Of a stretch of 64,000 nt of DNA, positions 27,300-37,703 are shown one piece after another. The DNA is taken from contig CAVQAC010000019.1 of NCBI GenBank assembly GCA_963710365.1, positions 552,969 to 616,968 on the forward strand, given 5' to 3'. The notes beneath the pieces were generated by a model that worked only from the letters and a program-made list of their open reading frames with translations, searched no databases and was not told the DNA's origin. How positions within the stretch are numbered: the stretch's first letter is position 1; the number at the start of each line of letters is the position of its first letter. This DNA is from an uncultured Planctomycetales bacterium (lineage in GTDB: Bacteria > Planctomycetota > Planctomycetia > Pirellulales > PNKZ01). The position numbers were made by a program, and so were the translations under genes.

Positions 27300-28016
27300 C
27301 TATTGCTCGACGAACGAGAATTCGCTGAAGATCACTGCTTGTAAGTACGGCTTGCCGAAGGTTTTGTTAGTTGTCTCCAAAATGCGCCTTTTGAGCAAGC
27401 CCAACCCCGCCTCGGTGAAATCGGCCATGTCGACCGTGCGGACCATCGTGATTACCTGGTCGCGAAAGCGTTGCTTCTTGGCATTGAATACGCTGCTGAA
27501 CTCATCCACCTGGCTGTTGAATACCGCGCCGTAGATATGGAAGTCGAGACGTAGCGTGGTGTTCGAGACGGGCTGGTATGCTGTCACCCGAAACTCGCCC
27601 AAGTCCATTTCTTCGGAGTCACCCAGCAGCTTGCGAGCGAGTCCCGCCATCAATTTGGCTTCACCGTCGGTCAATTTGTCATCGCCATGCTTGCTGGCTT
27701 TGTGCTTGCTATCACCGCCCGACTTGTCTGCCTTGTGCTTACTGTCTTTACCCGATTCGGCGCCGTGCTGACCGGCTTCGGCCTTATCGTGTCCCGAGGC
27801 TGGCTCGTCGACCATTCCGTCTTCCATGCCAGCAGCCGCCGGAGGAGCAGATCCGGGCAAATAGAGAAACGCCGCCACGCACTCGGCGAGCGTCGTTGCC
27901 AGCACAAGGCAGGCCACGATCAGCCCGGCCTTGGACATGCCCCCGCCGTGGGCGGAACTATCCGCCACTGCCGTGTCCGCAGAACCTGTGGCCTTTGGAT
28001 GAGCTTCGTTTGCCAT
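27300..28016 (-). CDS. fliL: flagellar basal-body-associated protein FliL
   Basis: One TM segment (AGLIVACLVLATTLAECVAAFL) and a C-terminal FliL domain (FRVTAYQPVSNTTLRLDFHIYG...ILETTNKTFGKPYLQAVIFSEFSFVEQ). The start is set at MANEAHP (28016). Confidence 0.75.
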   Translation of the reverse strand: MANEAHPKATGSADTAVADSSAHGGGMSKAGLIVACLVLATTLAECVAAFLYLPGSAPPAAAGMEDGMVDEPASGHDKAEAGQHGAESGKDSKHKADKSGGDSKHKASKHGDDKLTDGEAKLMAGLARKLLGDSEEMDLGEFRVTAYQPVSNTTLRLDFHIYGAVFNSQVDEFSSVFNAKKQRFRDQVITMVRTVDMADFTEAGLGLLKRRILETTNKTFGKPYLQAVIFSEFSFVEQ

Positions 28017-28240
28017 GATTGCATCGTGAAACAGTGTGGGGGCGTGCTCTAAAACCGACCAGGAGAATGTAGCTTTTTCCTGGATGGCGGCAGGCGACGC
28101 GATGCAACCCATTTGACCACAAGGAGATAGAATCGCAAATGGGATTCTAGACCGGGCCTGGGGGGCGTAGCAGCGTGGGCTTACGGAAGCCCCATAATGC
28201 CGCCAGAGAACGGCCCTGCTGTTGGCGCCGTCGTCCGCGT

Positions 28241-28462
28241 TCAGCGGGCCGCAGCTTGCTGGGCGTAGTGCGGCGCGGGAATCAGATGCTTCGACCGCTG
28301 GTAGTCGAGCGCCCGGCGCATGACTTCGTCGAGCGACTCGCGCACCACGAGCCGCTCGCCGGTCGTCAGCGAGACGAACGTATCGGGACGTCGTTCGATG
28401 TAGCGAATCAGTTCGGCATTGAGCACGAACTCCTCGCCGCTAAGGTGCGTCAGTTTGATCAT
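28241..28462 (-). CDS. flbD: flagellar protein FlbD
   Basis: MIKLTHLSGEEFVLNAELIRYIERRPDTFVSLTTGERLVVRESLDEV matches the FlbD family pattern. Its ATG overlaps the flgE stop in an ATGA. Confidence 0.85.
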   Translation of the reverse strand: MIKLTHLSGEEFVLNAELIRYIERRPDTFVSLTTGERLVVRESLDEVMRRALDYQRSKHLIPAPHYAQQAAAR

Positions 28463-30960
28463 CCGAGTTGACCGAGTTGTAACAGATCCTGGAGCAGAGT
28501 ATTGGCCGTAGAGATCACGCGAGCATTGCCTTGATACTGCGTCGAGGCGGTGATCAAGTCGACAAGGCTTTGGCCGACGTCGGTATTGGATTGCTCCAGC
28601 GCACCGGCGGTGATGGTGCCCGCGCTATTCTGACCCGGCTGGCTGGTAATGGGCGAGCCCGAGTTCGGACCTTCGACAAACAAGTTCTGGCCTTGGGCCA
28701 CCAGGCCTTGTGGGTTGGTGAACGTGGTAATGGCAACCTGGCCCAGCGCGCGTTGGGTTCCGTTGCTGAAGACGCCCGTGATGGTGCCGTCCGAGCCAAT
28801 GTTGTAGCTGGAAAGCGTGCCCGGCGCAAAACCGTCTTGCGAGCTCGACGCCAGGCTCGCGCTTTGAGCCGCCAGTCCGGAAACCTTGGAAAAATCGATC
28901 GTGAACGTCAGAGGGTTGACTGCCGCAACCTGGTCGCGATTGATCGAGACCGTATCGTTGGTCGCGTTGACGAAGTTGCCGTTGCCGTCGAAGGTGATCA
29001 GACCCGTCCCCACGTTGATCGCGGCATTGGTGCCTTGATTGCCCGACGAGTCGGCATACCAGCGATAGACTGTGCCGGCCGCGCTTTCCGATTGCAATTC
29101 AGCCGTGACGGTCACGTTCACGGCGTCGCCCAGCGAATCGTATACGACTAGATTCGCGGTCGCACCGGTGCCTACGGCCTGCTGCGCGGTGTTGAACGAC
29201 AGGTTGACCTCCTGGTTGCCGGAACCATTGTTCAAGGTCAGGGACCCCAACGGCACGCTGATCGCGCTGTTGGTGCCGTTGTAGCTGGTGACGACGATCT
29301 GGCCACTTTGGTTGATCCTGACCCCGGCCGATGCTCCCGACGAATCTGCCGGAGGGGTGTCCGAACCCGGGGCCAGCGTAATGCCGGACGCCTGGGCCAT
29401 GAAATCCATCAGGTTCTGCACGGTCGACGTGCCCGTGATGGTAAATGTCTGCGGAGTCAGGGTGTTGGATCCCACCTGGGGCGAGAACGACAGGGTTCCA
29501 CCGGGCAGAAGCTTTTGCGATCCGGAAGGAGTTTCAACCAGCACATCGGTCAACAAGGTATCGGGAGTGGCTGCCGGGCCGTTGACGTTGAGCACCGCAC
29601 CCAGCTGCCCTGCCGCCGCAGTGCTTTTCGAAGCCAGGGTGCTGTCTGATATGTCATCCGTATAGCTGTAAGTCGCCTGGCCTGGCACAACCGTGATCGG
29701 CGCGGTGATGAGCTGGTACTGGCTGGGGTCGGCCGTCGTGTTGCGGTAAATGTTGATCTTCGTGTAGTCGTTGCTGTTAGGCGAGGGTGGGGCCGGAATG
29801 TTGGTTAGCTGGATCGTGCCGTTGACGACATTGACTGGCCCGACCAGCGGAGACGGACGACTTTCGGTGCCGTTGGCCGTCGAGTACGTAATGTAATAGG
29901 AGTAATTCCCAGTCAGGGTCGTGGAAGGCAAGGTCGTCGTCTGGGCGGCCAGCGTCGCATCTGGCATGGTGTCTTGGTAACTCGTCGTCGTCGTCGTGTC
30001 GACGTTCGAGACCAGCCGATAGGTGCCCGTGCTGTCGGCGCGAAAGATGCCTATTTGCGGGTAATTCGGATCGGTAGGCAAGTTGCTGAAGTCGACTTCG
30101 TTGTCGCTGGCGCCGGTCGTCACGGTGATGGGGGCCGTCGGCGTGCCATACGTTCCCGAAGACGGATCATAAAAAGCCAACTCATAGCTGTAGTTAGCAC
30201 TGGAACTCACACCCTGCCCGGCCGGAACACTCGTATCATCGGTCGTAGTGGGAGCCGTCACCGTGGGGATGTCGGATGCCGCTGCCTTGGCTCCCGCCGG
30301 CGGCGTCGACCATGAGCTATCGCCCAAAATGGCCGATGTCTGGATCTGAGCGGTCGTGGCAATCGATCCACTCGGCGGCAGTGTCCCTTGCATGGTGACG
30401 TCGCTCGTCGCCTTGGCCACGGTCTTCTGGCCCAGCGGAATCGTCAGCGGTTGCGTAGTTCCGCTGTTTTGCACGACAAAATTGGTGTTGACGCCGTACC
30501 CCATCAGCAACTGTCCGCTGCTGGTGGTGAGCTGGTTGGATCCGTTGAGCTGGAACTCTCCATTGCGCGTATAAGACGTTTGACCCTCAACTTGCCCATT
30601 GCTCGACGACGTTCCGCTGGGCGAGAGCACGCTGAAGAAACCATTTCCTTGGATCGCCAGGTCCGACGGATTCGAGGTCGTTTGCAACGAACCTTGCGTG
30701 AAGTCGGTTTGAATGGCCGCCACCTCGACGCCCAAACCAATTTGCGTCGGGTCGGTGCCGCCGCCGACGCCGCCTGAAACGCCCGCCGGCGCCGAACCCG
30801 CGCTCAACGTCTGGGCGAACTGCGTGGCGAACAGCGCATTCGACGCTTTGAAGCCGACCGTATCGGCGTTGGCCACGTTGTTGCCGGTGACGTTGATCGT
30901 GGTTTGACTGGCATCCAGCCCGGAGATCGCCGTGCTGAAAACGGAAGATAGGCTACTCAT
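28459..30960 (-). CDS. flgE: flagellar hook protein FlgE (833 aa, large central insertion)
   Basis: The N-terminus is SGLDASQTTINVTGNNVANADTVGFK and the C-terminus is GALEQSNTDVGQSLVDLITASTQYQGNARVISTANTLLQDLL. The middle about 450 aa is Thr/Ser/Gly/Asn-rich beta-type sequence. Confidence 0.9.
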   Translation of the reverse strand: MSSLSSVFSTAISGLDASQTTINVTGNNVANADTVGFKASNALFATQFAQTLSAGSAPAGVSGGVGGGTDPTQIGLGVEVAAIQTDFTQGSLQTTSNPSDLAIQGNGFFSVLSPSGTSSSNGQVEGQTSYTRNGEFQLNGSNQLTTSSGQLLMGYGVNTNFVVQNSGTTQPLTIPLGQKTVAKATSDVTMQGTLPPSGSIATTAQIQTSAILGDSSWSTPPAGAKAAASDIPTVTAPTTTDDTSVPAGQGVSSSANYSYELAFYDPSSGTYGTPTAPITVTTGASDNEVDFSNLPTDPNYPQIGIFRADSTGTYRLVSNVDTTTTTSYQDTMPDATLAAQTTTLPSTTLTGNYSYYITYSTANGTESRPSPLVGPVNVVNGTIQLTNIPAPPSPNSNDYTKINIYRNTTADPSQYQLITAPITVVPGQATYSYTDDISDSTLASKSTAAAGQLGAVLNVNGPAATPDTLLTDVLVETPSGSQKLLPGGTLSFSPQVGSNTLTPQTFTITGTSTVQNLMDFMAQASGITLAPGSDTPPADSSGASAGVRINQSGQIVVTSYNGTNSAISVPLGSLTLNNGSGNQEVNLSFNTAQQAVGTGATANLVVYDSLGDAVNVTVTAELQSESAAGTVYRWYADSSGNQGTNAAINVGTGLITFDGNGNFVNATNDTVSINRDQVAAVNPLTFTIDFSKVSGLAAQSASLASSSQDGFAPGTLSSYNIGSDGTITGVFSNGTQRALGQVAITTFTNPQGLVAQGQNLFVEGPNSGSPITSQPGQNSAGTITAGALEQSNTDVGQSLVDLITASTQYQGNARVISTANTLLQDLLQLGQLG

Positions 30961-31050
30961 CTCTCAATCCCCCAAATCGATGAAACATGCCGGCCAAAGG
31001 CCTTGCGGTAATATCGGTTCGCAGTTCTCTGCGCAAAAAACTATTTCGCC

Positions 31051-31470
31051 TTACAATACTTGTTGGACATTCGAGAGCTGAACCGTGCTGTTGCCCACGA
31101 CCAGCGACGGCGTGCCATTGTTCATGACCACGCTGCTCACCGTCCCATTGACGCTGTCGCCATTACTGTCCAAGCCCACGATGTTTTGATTGAGCATCAA
31201 GCTGGCCGCGCTCAGCCCTTGGCCCAAGGACAAGCCGTTCAGCGTGGTGTTGAGTTCGGTCGTGGACTCAATACTCTGCATCTGGCCAATTTCCTGCATG
31301 ATCTGCGACGAGTCTTCCGGCGAGGTCGGATCCTGGTTCTGCAGCTCCGTGATCATCAACGTCAGAAAGTCGTTCATGCTCAAATTGGCGAACGGGTCGG
31401 CATTGCTGACCGCCGACGAAGTATTCGACGAGGACGAGGAACTCGCGCCGCCTACTGAACCTGTGGACAT
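31051..31470 (-). CDS. flgD: flagellar hook capping/assembly protein FlgD
   Basis: NDFLTLMITELQNQDPTSPEDSSQIMQEIGQMQSIE is the FlgD N-terminal signature. The gene lies between fliK and flgE. Confidence 0.88.
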   Translation of the reverse strand: MSTGSVGGASSSSSSNTSSAVSNADPFANLSMNDFLTLMITELQNQDPTSPEDSSQIMQEIGQMQSIESTTELNTTLNGLSLGQGLSAASLMLNQNIVGLDSNGDSVNGTVSSVVMNNGTPSLVVGNSTVQLSNVQQVL

Positions 31471-31578
31471 GACAATCTCCTTGCACTAAAGGCGGATGAT
31501 CGGGGTCTGAAGGCAGTTCCAGGTGCCTCTCGACGTCGTTTTGTTTATCGCAGTTCCGCTTTCGAATCTCATTTCTCG

Positions 31579-33385
31579 TTAGATCACGACGTTCAATTGA
31601 CTGTCGCCGATTACGGCCTGCGAACTGGTGCCACTCGCCTGGCTGGCATCGGCCGAAGTTGCAGCTACCGTGCGACTCGCTCCGCCCGTTTGTGTGTTGT
31701 AACCCGCCCATGCATCACGATTGGGGGTGTTCGGCAATCCGCCGGACGATTGGCCCATCAGGTCGACGTCGAACCGGGCGACCTTAATATCCTGTTGCTC
31801 GAGCCGGTCGCGTAGCGTTGGCAGATTGTCCAGCAGCATCGTCCGGGCTTCGGGCGTTTCCGCTTGCACGTGCGCGGTCAGTTGCCCCTGATCGATGCGA
31901 ACTTCGACCTGCAACGACCCTAAATCCGGAGGGCTCAATCGCAGCTTCAGCGAACCCGATTGATTACCTAGCGCCTGGAAAGCGTTCGCCACTCGCTGCA
32001 CGAAGCGGGCCGCGTCGGTCCCTCCGGCCCCGTAACCAGATTGCGAGTAATTCGAGCCGCTCGTCAATATCTCGAAATCCAGAGCTGTTGGCTGCGTTGG
32101 CAGGCGCCGCCGCAGTCGTAGCCTGCGCGGCAGCCGATGCCGCGGATGCAGCGTTGGGCTGGGCCGTCGAACTCGACTGGCCCGCGATGCCGTCTCCCTT
32201 GTCGGATTTACCGTCGGCCGTGGCAATCGACGCTGTTGGGCCCAAGGCCGAAACCGCCACACTCGTCGTCGCGTCGGTCAAGGCTGTCGCATTCGCCACG
32301 GCCAGCGGGGCGGAGAACTGGGCCGCAATCGCAGCCGGCGGCGCCGTCAAGGATGCAGCCGCTTGGGACTGGTCCGAACCGGCTGCATGTTTCCCGGCAA
32401 CCGGCACAGCCTGTGCTGCAGAGATTGCCATGGTCGTAGTTGAATTGCCGGTCGTCACCATGGTCGTGGTGTTCGCAGTGCCGACCGCGGTCATGGTTGT
32501 CGGTGGGTTCTGCGGCGCGACAATTGACACAGTCGTCGCAGGCGTCTGTGGGGGTCGCCCTCCCGTTGCCGGCTGAACCGTCGCAACGCCGGTCGGCGGA
32601 GCCACCGCGGCCTGCGGCGTAGGCGTAGCGGCGGGCTGCGAACCGGCCGAGGCCTGCACCACGCTTGGATTATTGGGACTGCCGCTGTTTTGAGTTGCAA
32701 CCGGGTTCTGAGTCGCTACGGCGTTTTGACTCGCCAACGCATTCAAGCTTGAACTGGAATTCGCGGGGTTTGCTGGCTGCGTGGGGCCTGCTGGGGTTTG
32801 ATTGGTCTGTGCCACGACCGTCGTCCGCGTCGTGGTGGGTGGCTGCTGCTCGGCAGTACCATGGGTCGCTAGGACGGGTGGCCCTGGCACACCCACGCTA
32901 ATTTGCTGCAAAGAGTTGCTCGTTTGGTCGGTTGCGTTCGGTTGTGATTTCGAGCTTTGGCCCGCACTCAAGGTCTTGCTCGCCGGCGAGGCCGAGTTGT
33001 CGTCCGTAGACGGAGCCGAATTGGCGCCGGCAGGAGTGGTGCTCGGAGGGGTCGAGTTGGCTGGACCATTGGCCACGGACGAATTGGACGACGCAGAAGA
33101 ACTGGAATCGCCACGGGCAGATGGAGAGTTGGCCGAGGGTGCTCCGGGATTGGTCGCCGCGGCCGAAGAATCCGAGAGCTGAAGCTGGTCCGTGGGCGAG
33201 GCCGGGGCCGCGTCGCTTGGCGACGAGCCAGCCGCCGACGTTTGCAATGCCTGTTGCAGTTGGTCGCCAAAGGTGCCGGCCGATTGCTGGTCATTTCCGG
33301 ACGAGCCACCACTGGCCGCAGTCCCGGAGGGATTCGACGCGAAGGCGGCCGGCGTCGCAAAGCTGTCCACGTTCAGTACTACCAT
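31579..33385 (-). pseudogene. fliK: flagellar hook-length control protein FliK, one frame break about 32075
   Basis: A long low-complexity Ala/Thr/Pro/Ser/Gln N-terminal region (ORF 31964-33385) joins a C-terminal Flg_hook domain in the frame of ORF 31579-32262 (LKLRLSPPDLGSLQVEVRIDQGQLTAHVQAETPEARTMLLDNLPTLRDRLEQQDIKV). Confidence 0.8.
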
Positions 33386-33410
33386 ACCTCGTCCTTGCCT
33401 GTGCCAGCGG

Positions 33411-34106
33411 TCACGGCCCCTGGCTGGGCACCGGTTGCAGTTGGGTTTTGGCCTCGTCGATCAGCGTCAGTTCGGGTTCACCAGTGCGAATCAGTTTCAG
33501 AATCCTGGCAAGTCGATCGCTCTCGTCGGGCGTTTTGAATTCGGCGAGCAACTTGGACCGTTTGGCCGGCGCCATCGCCGAGATCAGGGCCACAACGTCC
33601 TTCATGCTCCCCTCGTCCATCATGTGGACGATTTGCTCCTTGGCCTGTTTGGGTTTCATGTTCTCAATGAGCAGCCGCGTGGTTTCGGCGTCGGTTGAAA
33701 GCGTCGCGGAGCGGAGTTCATTGAGTTGTTTTTCGAAGGCGCTCTTTACTTGTGTATATCGGCTTCTTTCGTCCACTAGTTTGGTCTGGTCGAGCTGGAA
33801 CTCTTGAACCTGGTTCTGCAACGACTGCTCACGCAGTTCGAAGTCGCGGCTTCTGATGGCCCGCGCACGCGCAACGTCGACCAGCGCCACGGCCTGCTGG
33901 CGGTCCGGCGCCTCTTCCTTCTTCTCTTCGCTCGGCAGGACGATGCGGGCCTTGCCCTGTGCCACCGCCAGCCATCGTTCCAGCCGGCTCTGTTCGAGCC
34001 AACCCTGCGACCAGCAATAGCCGAGCCCCACGACCTGGGCCAGCACGGTGCCGATCGACAGGCTGGCCACGATCAGGCCCGCCAGCCGAATTAACTTACC
34101 AATCAT
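33411..34106 (-). CDS. MotE/YlxF-like flagellar protein (MgtE-N-like C-terminal region)
   Basis: N-terminal TM segment (LAGLIVASLSIGTVLAQVV), a coiled-coil middle and a C-terminus IENMKPKQAKEQIVHMMDEGSMKDVVALISAMAPAKRSKLLAEF. It occupies the ylxF slot between fliJ and fliK. Confidence 0.6.
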   Translation of the reverse strand: MIGKLIRLAGLIVASLSIGTVLAQVVGLGYCWSQGWLEQSRLERWLAVAQGKARIVLPSEEKKEEAPDRQQAVALVDVARARAIRSRDFELREQSLQNQVQEFQLDQTKLVDERSRYTQVKSAFEKQLNELRSATLSTDAETTRLLIENMKPKQAKEQIVHMMDEGSMKDVVALISAMAPAKRSKLLAEFKTPDESDRLARILKLIRTGEPELTLIDEAKTQLQPVPSQGP

Positions 34107-34548
34107 AGGGCGGTCTCTTGTGGCCGCAGCCGTCCGGCAATTTCATCCAGGTGCTCCAGCGCATCGCGCTCCGCACCGCGCGCCAGCGCTGAAACTGTGT
34201 TTCTCGCAGCTTCTCCAGCACGCGCACGTCCTGGTCCGCCCAGACCAGGGCCTGCCGGCGCTTTTCCACTTCGGCATTCATATTGGCCTGCTGCTGTTCG
34301 AGATTGTGCTTCTCCAACAGCAGGACCATCTCGTAACGTTCGGCAACCAGCAAACGGTCAATATCGACGGCTCCGCGCGGCGCCGTGTGCATCTGCCGGG
34401 CTTCATCAAGCTTGAGCCGCAATTGCTGCATATCGCTATCGAGCGACGCCTGGATTCGCATGACCTCGGCCAGTTGCGAGCGGCGTTCGTCGCGCACCGC
34501 CTCACGCAGCCGCACCAGCGAGTCGAGCCGGAATTGGAATTTCTTCAT
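34103..34548 (-). pseudogene. fliJ: flagellar export chaperone FliJ, probable frame break about 34185
   Basis: MKKFQFRLDSLVRLRE.. is coiled-coil FliJ-like. The listed ORF ends ..SAMRWSTWMKLPDGCGHKRPPYDW (not protein-like), whereas the +2 frame reads AERDALEHLDEIAGRLRPQETAL with a stop at 34103-34105. That stop forms an ATGA overlap with the next gene's start (34106). Confidence 0.7.
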
Positions 34549-35912
34549 TTATTCACCGTCGTTTGGGAAGTCATGTTGGCCTGGATGCGCTGAATGCAGC
34601 GAGCCCGCAATTGCAGAAGCGCTCGCCGCGCTTCTTCCACCGAGCTCCGTTCGTCGACTCGCTGGCGAAGGAACTGTTGAATCGATTCGAGCATGTCGAT
34701 CGCCAGGTCGACCGTTCGCTGACTGCCGCGACGATACGCTCCGATCGAAATCAGATCTTCATGGTCGCGATAGGTCGCCATTAACTCGCGCACGACTCCG
34801 GCTGCTTCGCGATGGTCTTCGGGCGTGATCTCGGTCATCAAGCGGCTGATGCTCTCCAGCAGATCGATGGCCGGGTAGTGATTGCGCGTGGCCAGCTTGC
34901 GCGACAGCCAGGTGTGGCCGTCGAGCAAGCCGCGAACCGCGTCGGCAATCGGTTCGTTGGCGTCGTCGCCTTCGACCAAAACCGAATAGAAAGCCGTGAT
35001 ACTTCCCTCCGGGCTCCGGCCAGCTCGCTCCACCAACCGTGGCAGCATGGAAAAGACCGAGGGGGTGAAGCCACGCGTCGTCGGCGGTTCGCCAGCCGCC
35101 AGCCCGATCTCGCGCTGTGCCAGCGCAAAACGGGTCAGTGAATCCATGACCAACAGCACGTCCCGGCCCGTATCGCGGAAGTATTCGGCGATGGCCGTGG
35201 CGACGAAGGCGGCGCGAGTTCGCAACAGGGCCGGTTCGTCGCTGGTGGCCACGACGACGACGCTGCGGGCCAGCCCTTCGGGCCCCAAATCACGTTCGAT
35301 GAATTCATTGACTTCGCGGCCTCGTTCGCCGATCAGCCCGATCACGTTCACCTGGGCCGACGTATAGCGGGCCATCATGCCCAACGTCACGCTCTTGCCC
35401 ACGCCCGAACCGGCGAAGATGCCCATGCGTTGTCCCTTGCCGCAGGTCAGCAGTCCGTCGATGGCACGGATGCCCGTCGACAGCGGCGTATCGATCCGCG
35501 GCCGCTCCACCGGATTGGGCGGCTTGCGGTCGAGCGGAGTTCGCTCGGGCAGCGTGGGCTGAGGTCGGCCGTCGATGCAATGACCCATGGCATTGACGAC
35601 GCGTCCCAGCAGCGACGGCCCGACGCGAATCCAGCTCTTGGTCCGCTTCAGGCGCACACGGTTGCCATGCCGGACGCCTTGCATGTCGGCGAAGGGAAAC
35701 ACCAAGGTATGTTCGGCGTTGAAACCAATCACTTCGGCCTCGAGGACGCCCCCTCCGAGCCGCTCGATTTCAACCAGCGCGCCCACCGGCGCCGGAAAAT
35801 CGGCCACGGCCGCGGTCATGCCGACCGTTCGCACGATGCTCCCTTCGAGCGCCGTGGGAATCAGCGTCTGTAATTGGTCGGCCAGTTCGAGCATGATGCG
35901 ATCCGTTCCCAA
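34545..35912 (-). CDS. fliI: flagellum-specific ATPase FliI
   Basis: Walker A GIFAGSGVGKSVTLG and Walker B VLLVMDSLTRFA, with F1-ATPase beta-like colinearity. The reading frame is intact. Confidence 0.95.
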   Translation of the reverse strand: MGTDRIMLELADQLQTLIPTALEGSIVRTVGMTAAVADFPAPVGALVEIERLGGGVLEAEVIGFNAEHTLVFPFADMQGVRHGNRVRLKRTKSWIRVGPSLLGRVVNAMGHCIDGRPQPTLPERTPLDRKPPNPVERPRIDTPLSTGIRAIDGLLTCGKGQRMGIFAGSGVGKSVTLGMMARYTSAQVNVIGLIGERGREVNEFIERDLGPEGLARSVVVVATSDEPALLRTRAAFVATAIAEYFRDTGRDVLLVMDSLTRFALAQREIGLAAGEPPTTRGFTPSVFSMLPRLVERAGRSPEGSITAFYSVLVEGDDANEPIADAVRGLLDGHTWLSRKLATRNHYPAIDLLESISRLMTEITPEDHREAAGVVRELMATYRDHEDLISIGAYRRGSQRTVDLAIDMLESIQQFLRQRVDERSSVEEARRALLQLRARCIQRIQANMTSQTTVNK

Positions 35913-35921
35913 CGATCTTCG

Positions 35922-36575
35922 TTAAATCAATTCTTCCACGATCCGGTTCAACTGCGATTCGAATTGCTGATCGATCGATCCATGGCGGGTCTCTACGCGA
36001 CAGCCGCCGGGCGTGACTGCGCGGATCCGGCACCACTTCGCCGCACCAACGCGCGATACCTCGGCCGCCAGCGTCTGCACCTGTTCTCGCAGGGCCGCGT
36101 AGTCGTCCGGATTGAGCAATACCCGCACTTCGGTGCTGCCGCGTGACAATTCCAGCGCTTCGCGCATCAGGGGCAAGGCAACCTGCGGGTCCGATTGCAG
36201 TTCACGGCGCAACACGCGGGCGGCCATTCGCGCCGCCAGACGGATGGCGCCATTTTCCCATTGCGCCAGCCAACCCGGTTGGGCTTGCACGATTCCCTCG
36301 ACCGCCGCCCGCAAGGCGGGCAATACCGTCTTCATCTGCTCGGCGACCTTTTTATCGAGCAGATTGTTGGCCTCAAGTTGCGCGGCCTTGCGGCCTTCGT
36401 TCTCCGCTTGTTGACGAATTGCCTGGGCTTCTTTCGAGGCCTGCGCAAGAATCTGCCGGGCCTGGTCGCGAATTTTCTCCAGGTATTCGTCGGCCCGCTG
36501 AGCCATGTCGTCGAAATTGAACGCCACGCCATGGATGCCGCGATTGCGATCGGTAGCTTTGATAATGGTCGACAT
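35922..36575 (-). CDS. fliH: flagellar assembly protein FliH
   Basis: 217 aa with an N-terminal charged coiled coil (AQRADEYLEKIRDQARQILAQASKEAQAIRQQAENEGRKAA) and a C-terminal FliH/YscL-like domain. It lies between fliG and fliI. Confidence 0.75.
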   Translation of the reverse strand: MSTIIKATDRNRGIHGVAFNFDDMAQRADEYLEKIRDQARQILAQASKEAQAIRQQAENEGRKAAQLEANNLLDKKVAEQMKTVLPALRAAVEGIVQAQPGWLAQWENGAIRLAARMAARVLRRELQSDPQVALPLMREALELSRGSTEVRVLLNPDDYAALREQVQTLAAEVSRVGAAKWCRIRAVTPGGCRVETRHGSIDQQFESQLNRIVEELI

Positions 36576-36590
36576 GCTGTTGATCTGTGG

Positions 36591-37617
36591 TTAGTGGCTA
36601 CCAACGTACTCGTCACGCACGCTGCCTGCGGCAACACTCCCCGTAGCCGGCAGCTCAATTCGGCCTTCGCTCTCCAAGCGCGCGCTGTGCGGGCGAGCTC
36701 GCGTTGGGCTTCCTCGACGTCGCTCAGCCGCGTGGGCCCCGGGGTGTTGAGCGCCTTGCGCAAGGCCTTGCCTTCGGCGGCCGGCAGCAGCCGCAATATC
36801 TGTTCCAACAGCGAGACAGGCGCCGTGGCCAGCGCCAGGATGACGATCTCCGGCTCGGCCGATGCCAGGATCGTCATCAAGGTCTCGTCGTCCAGCCCGG
36901 CCAGGTCGTTGAACGTGAATTCCACTTTCCGCTGGACCAGCCGGCCCGCCAATTGACGGTCGTGCTTCGCCAGGTTGGCCAGCATGTCGCGCTTCACGCC
37001 AGGGTCTGCCGCGGCCAGGATGCTGGCCACGGCCTTCACGCCGGCGGCGCGGCGGCGCTCGTCGCGAATTTGTTCCAGGATGCGGGTTTTCAATCCCCGC
37101 TCCACTTCCCATAAAACTTCCGGGTTGGCGTCGTCCAGATCGACCAGCCGGCGAATGACATCAACCTGCAAGGCCGGCGGCAGTGGCGCCAGCACCTCGG
37201 ACGACTGATCGGGCGACAGATGCGAAATGACCAGGGCAATCGTCTGCGGATGTTCGCCGGCCAGCAGTTGCGTCAACTTGTGGGCTTTGGCTTCGTGCAG
37301 AAAACGGAACGGCACCGGTTCGTCGCCAGATTCCCATTCGACGGCTGCATGCGCCGCGCGCACGGACGACGTTCGCCCGGCCCGTCAAACGCAATGCCGG
37401 TTGGATGGTCAGTCTGATCGTTGGGCCCGACGCCAAAGAACTCATCGATTACCTGATTCTGTTCGCTGGCATCGATCTCTGGAAGCTCGACCATCGCCTG
37501 CCTGACGAGCGACGCTTGCTCGGCCGACATCTGGTCCAACAGACGATCGGCCGTCGCCCGATCGAGGCTCGAGACCAGGATGGCCGCTTTACGGAGGTCT
37601 GGTTTTATGTCGTTCAT
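36591..37617 (-). pseudogene. fliG: flagellar motor switch protein FliG, two frame breaks (about 37360 and about 36685)
   Basis: MNDIKPDLRKAAILVSSLDRATADRLLDQMS.. (N-terminus). The middle frame has HPQTIALVISHL, VERGLKTRIL and FNDLAGLDDETLMTILASAEPEIVILAL. The C-terminus ..ARALESEGRIELPATGSV..stop lies in the frame of ORF 36591-37112. Confidence 0.88.
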
Positions 37618-37703
37618 GGTTAGCCGCGAAAGAAAACGAAGGTCTTCGAACTGTCTTGTGACCTGCCGTCGATGTCTCTACCCTGCTGCTCTCTCTATTT
37701 CCG

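Noticed and set aside
28103-28119. A second sigma-54-like element (minus strand TGGTCAaatggGTTGCA) about 90 nt upstream of fliL.
   Set aside because: The GG-to-GC spacing is 11 rather than the required 10. It could become a match only if one base of the GGG run is an assembly error, so I do not call it.
31011-31018. ACCGATAT (SigD-like -10) on the minus strand upstream of flgE.
   Set aside because: The first base is imperfect, there is no TAAA-like -35 at the 15-nt spacing, and flgE is more simply read as internal to the operon.
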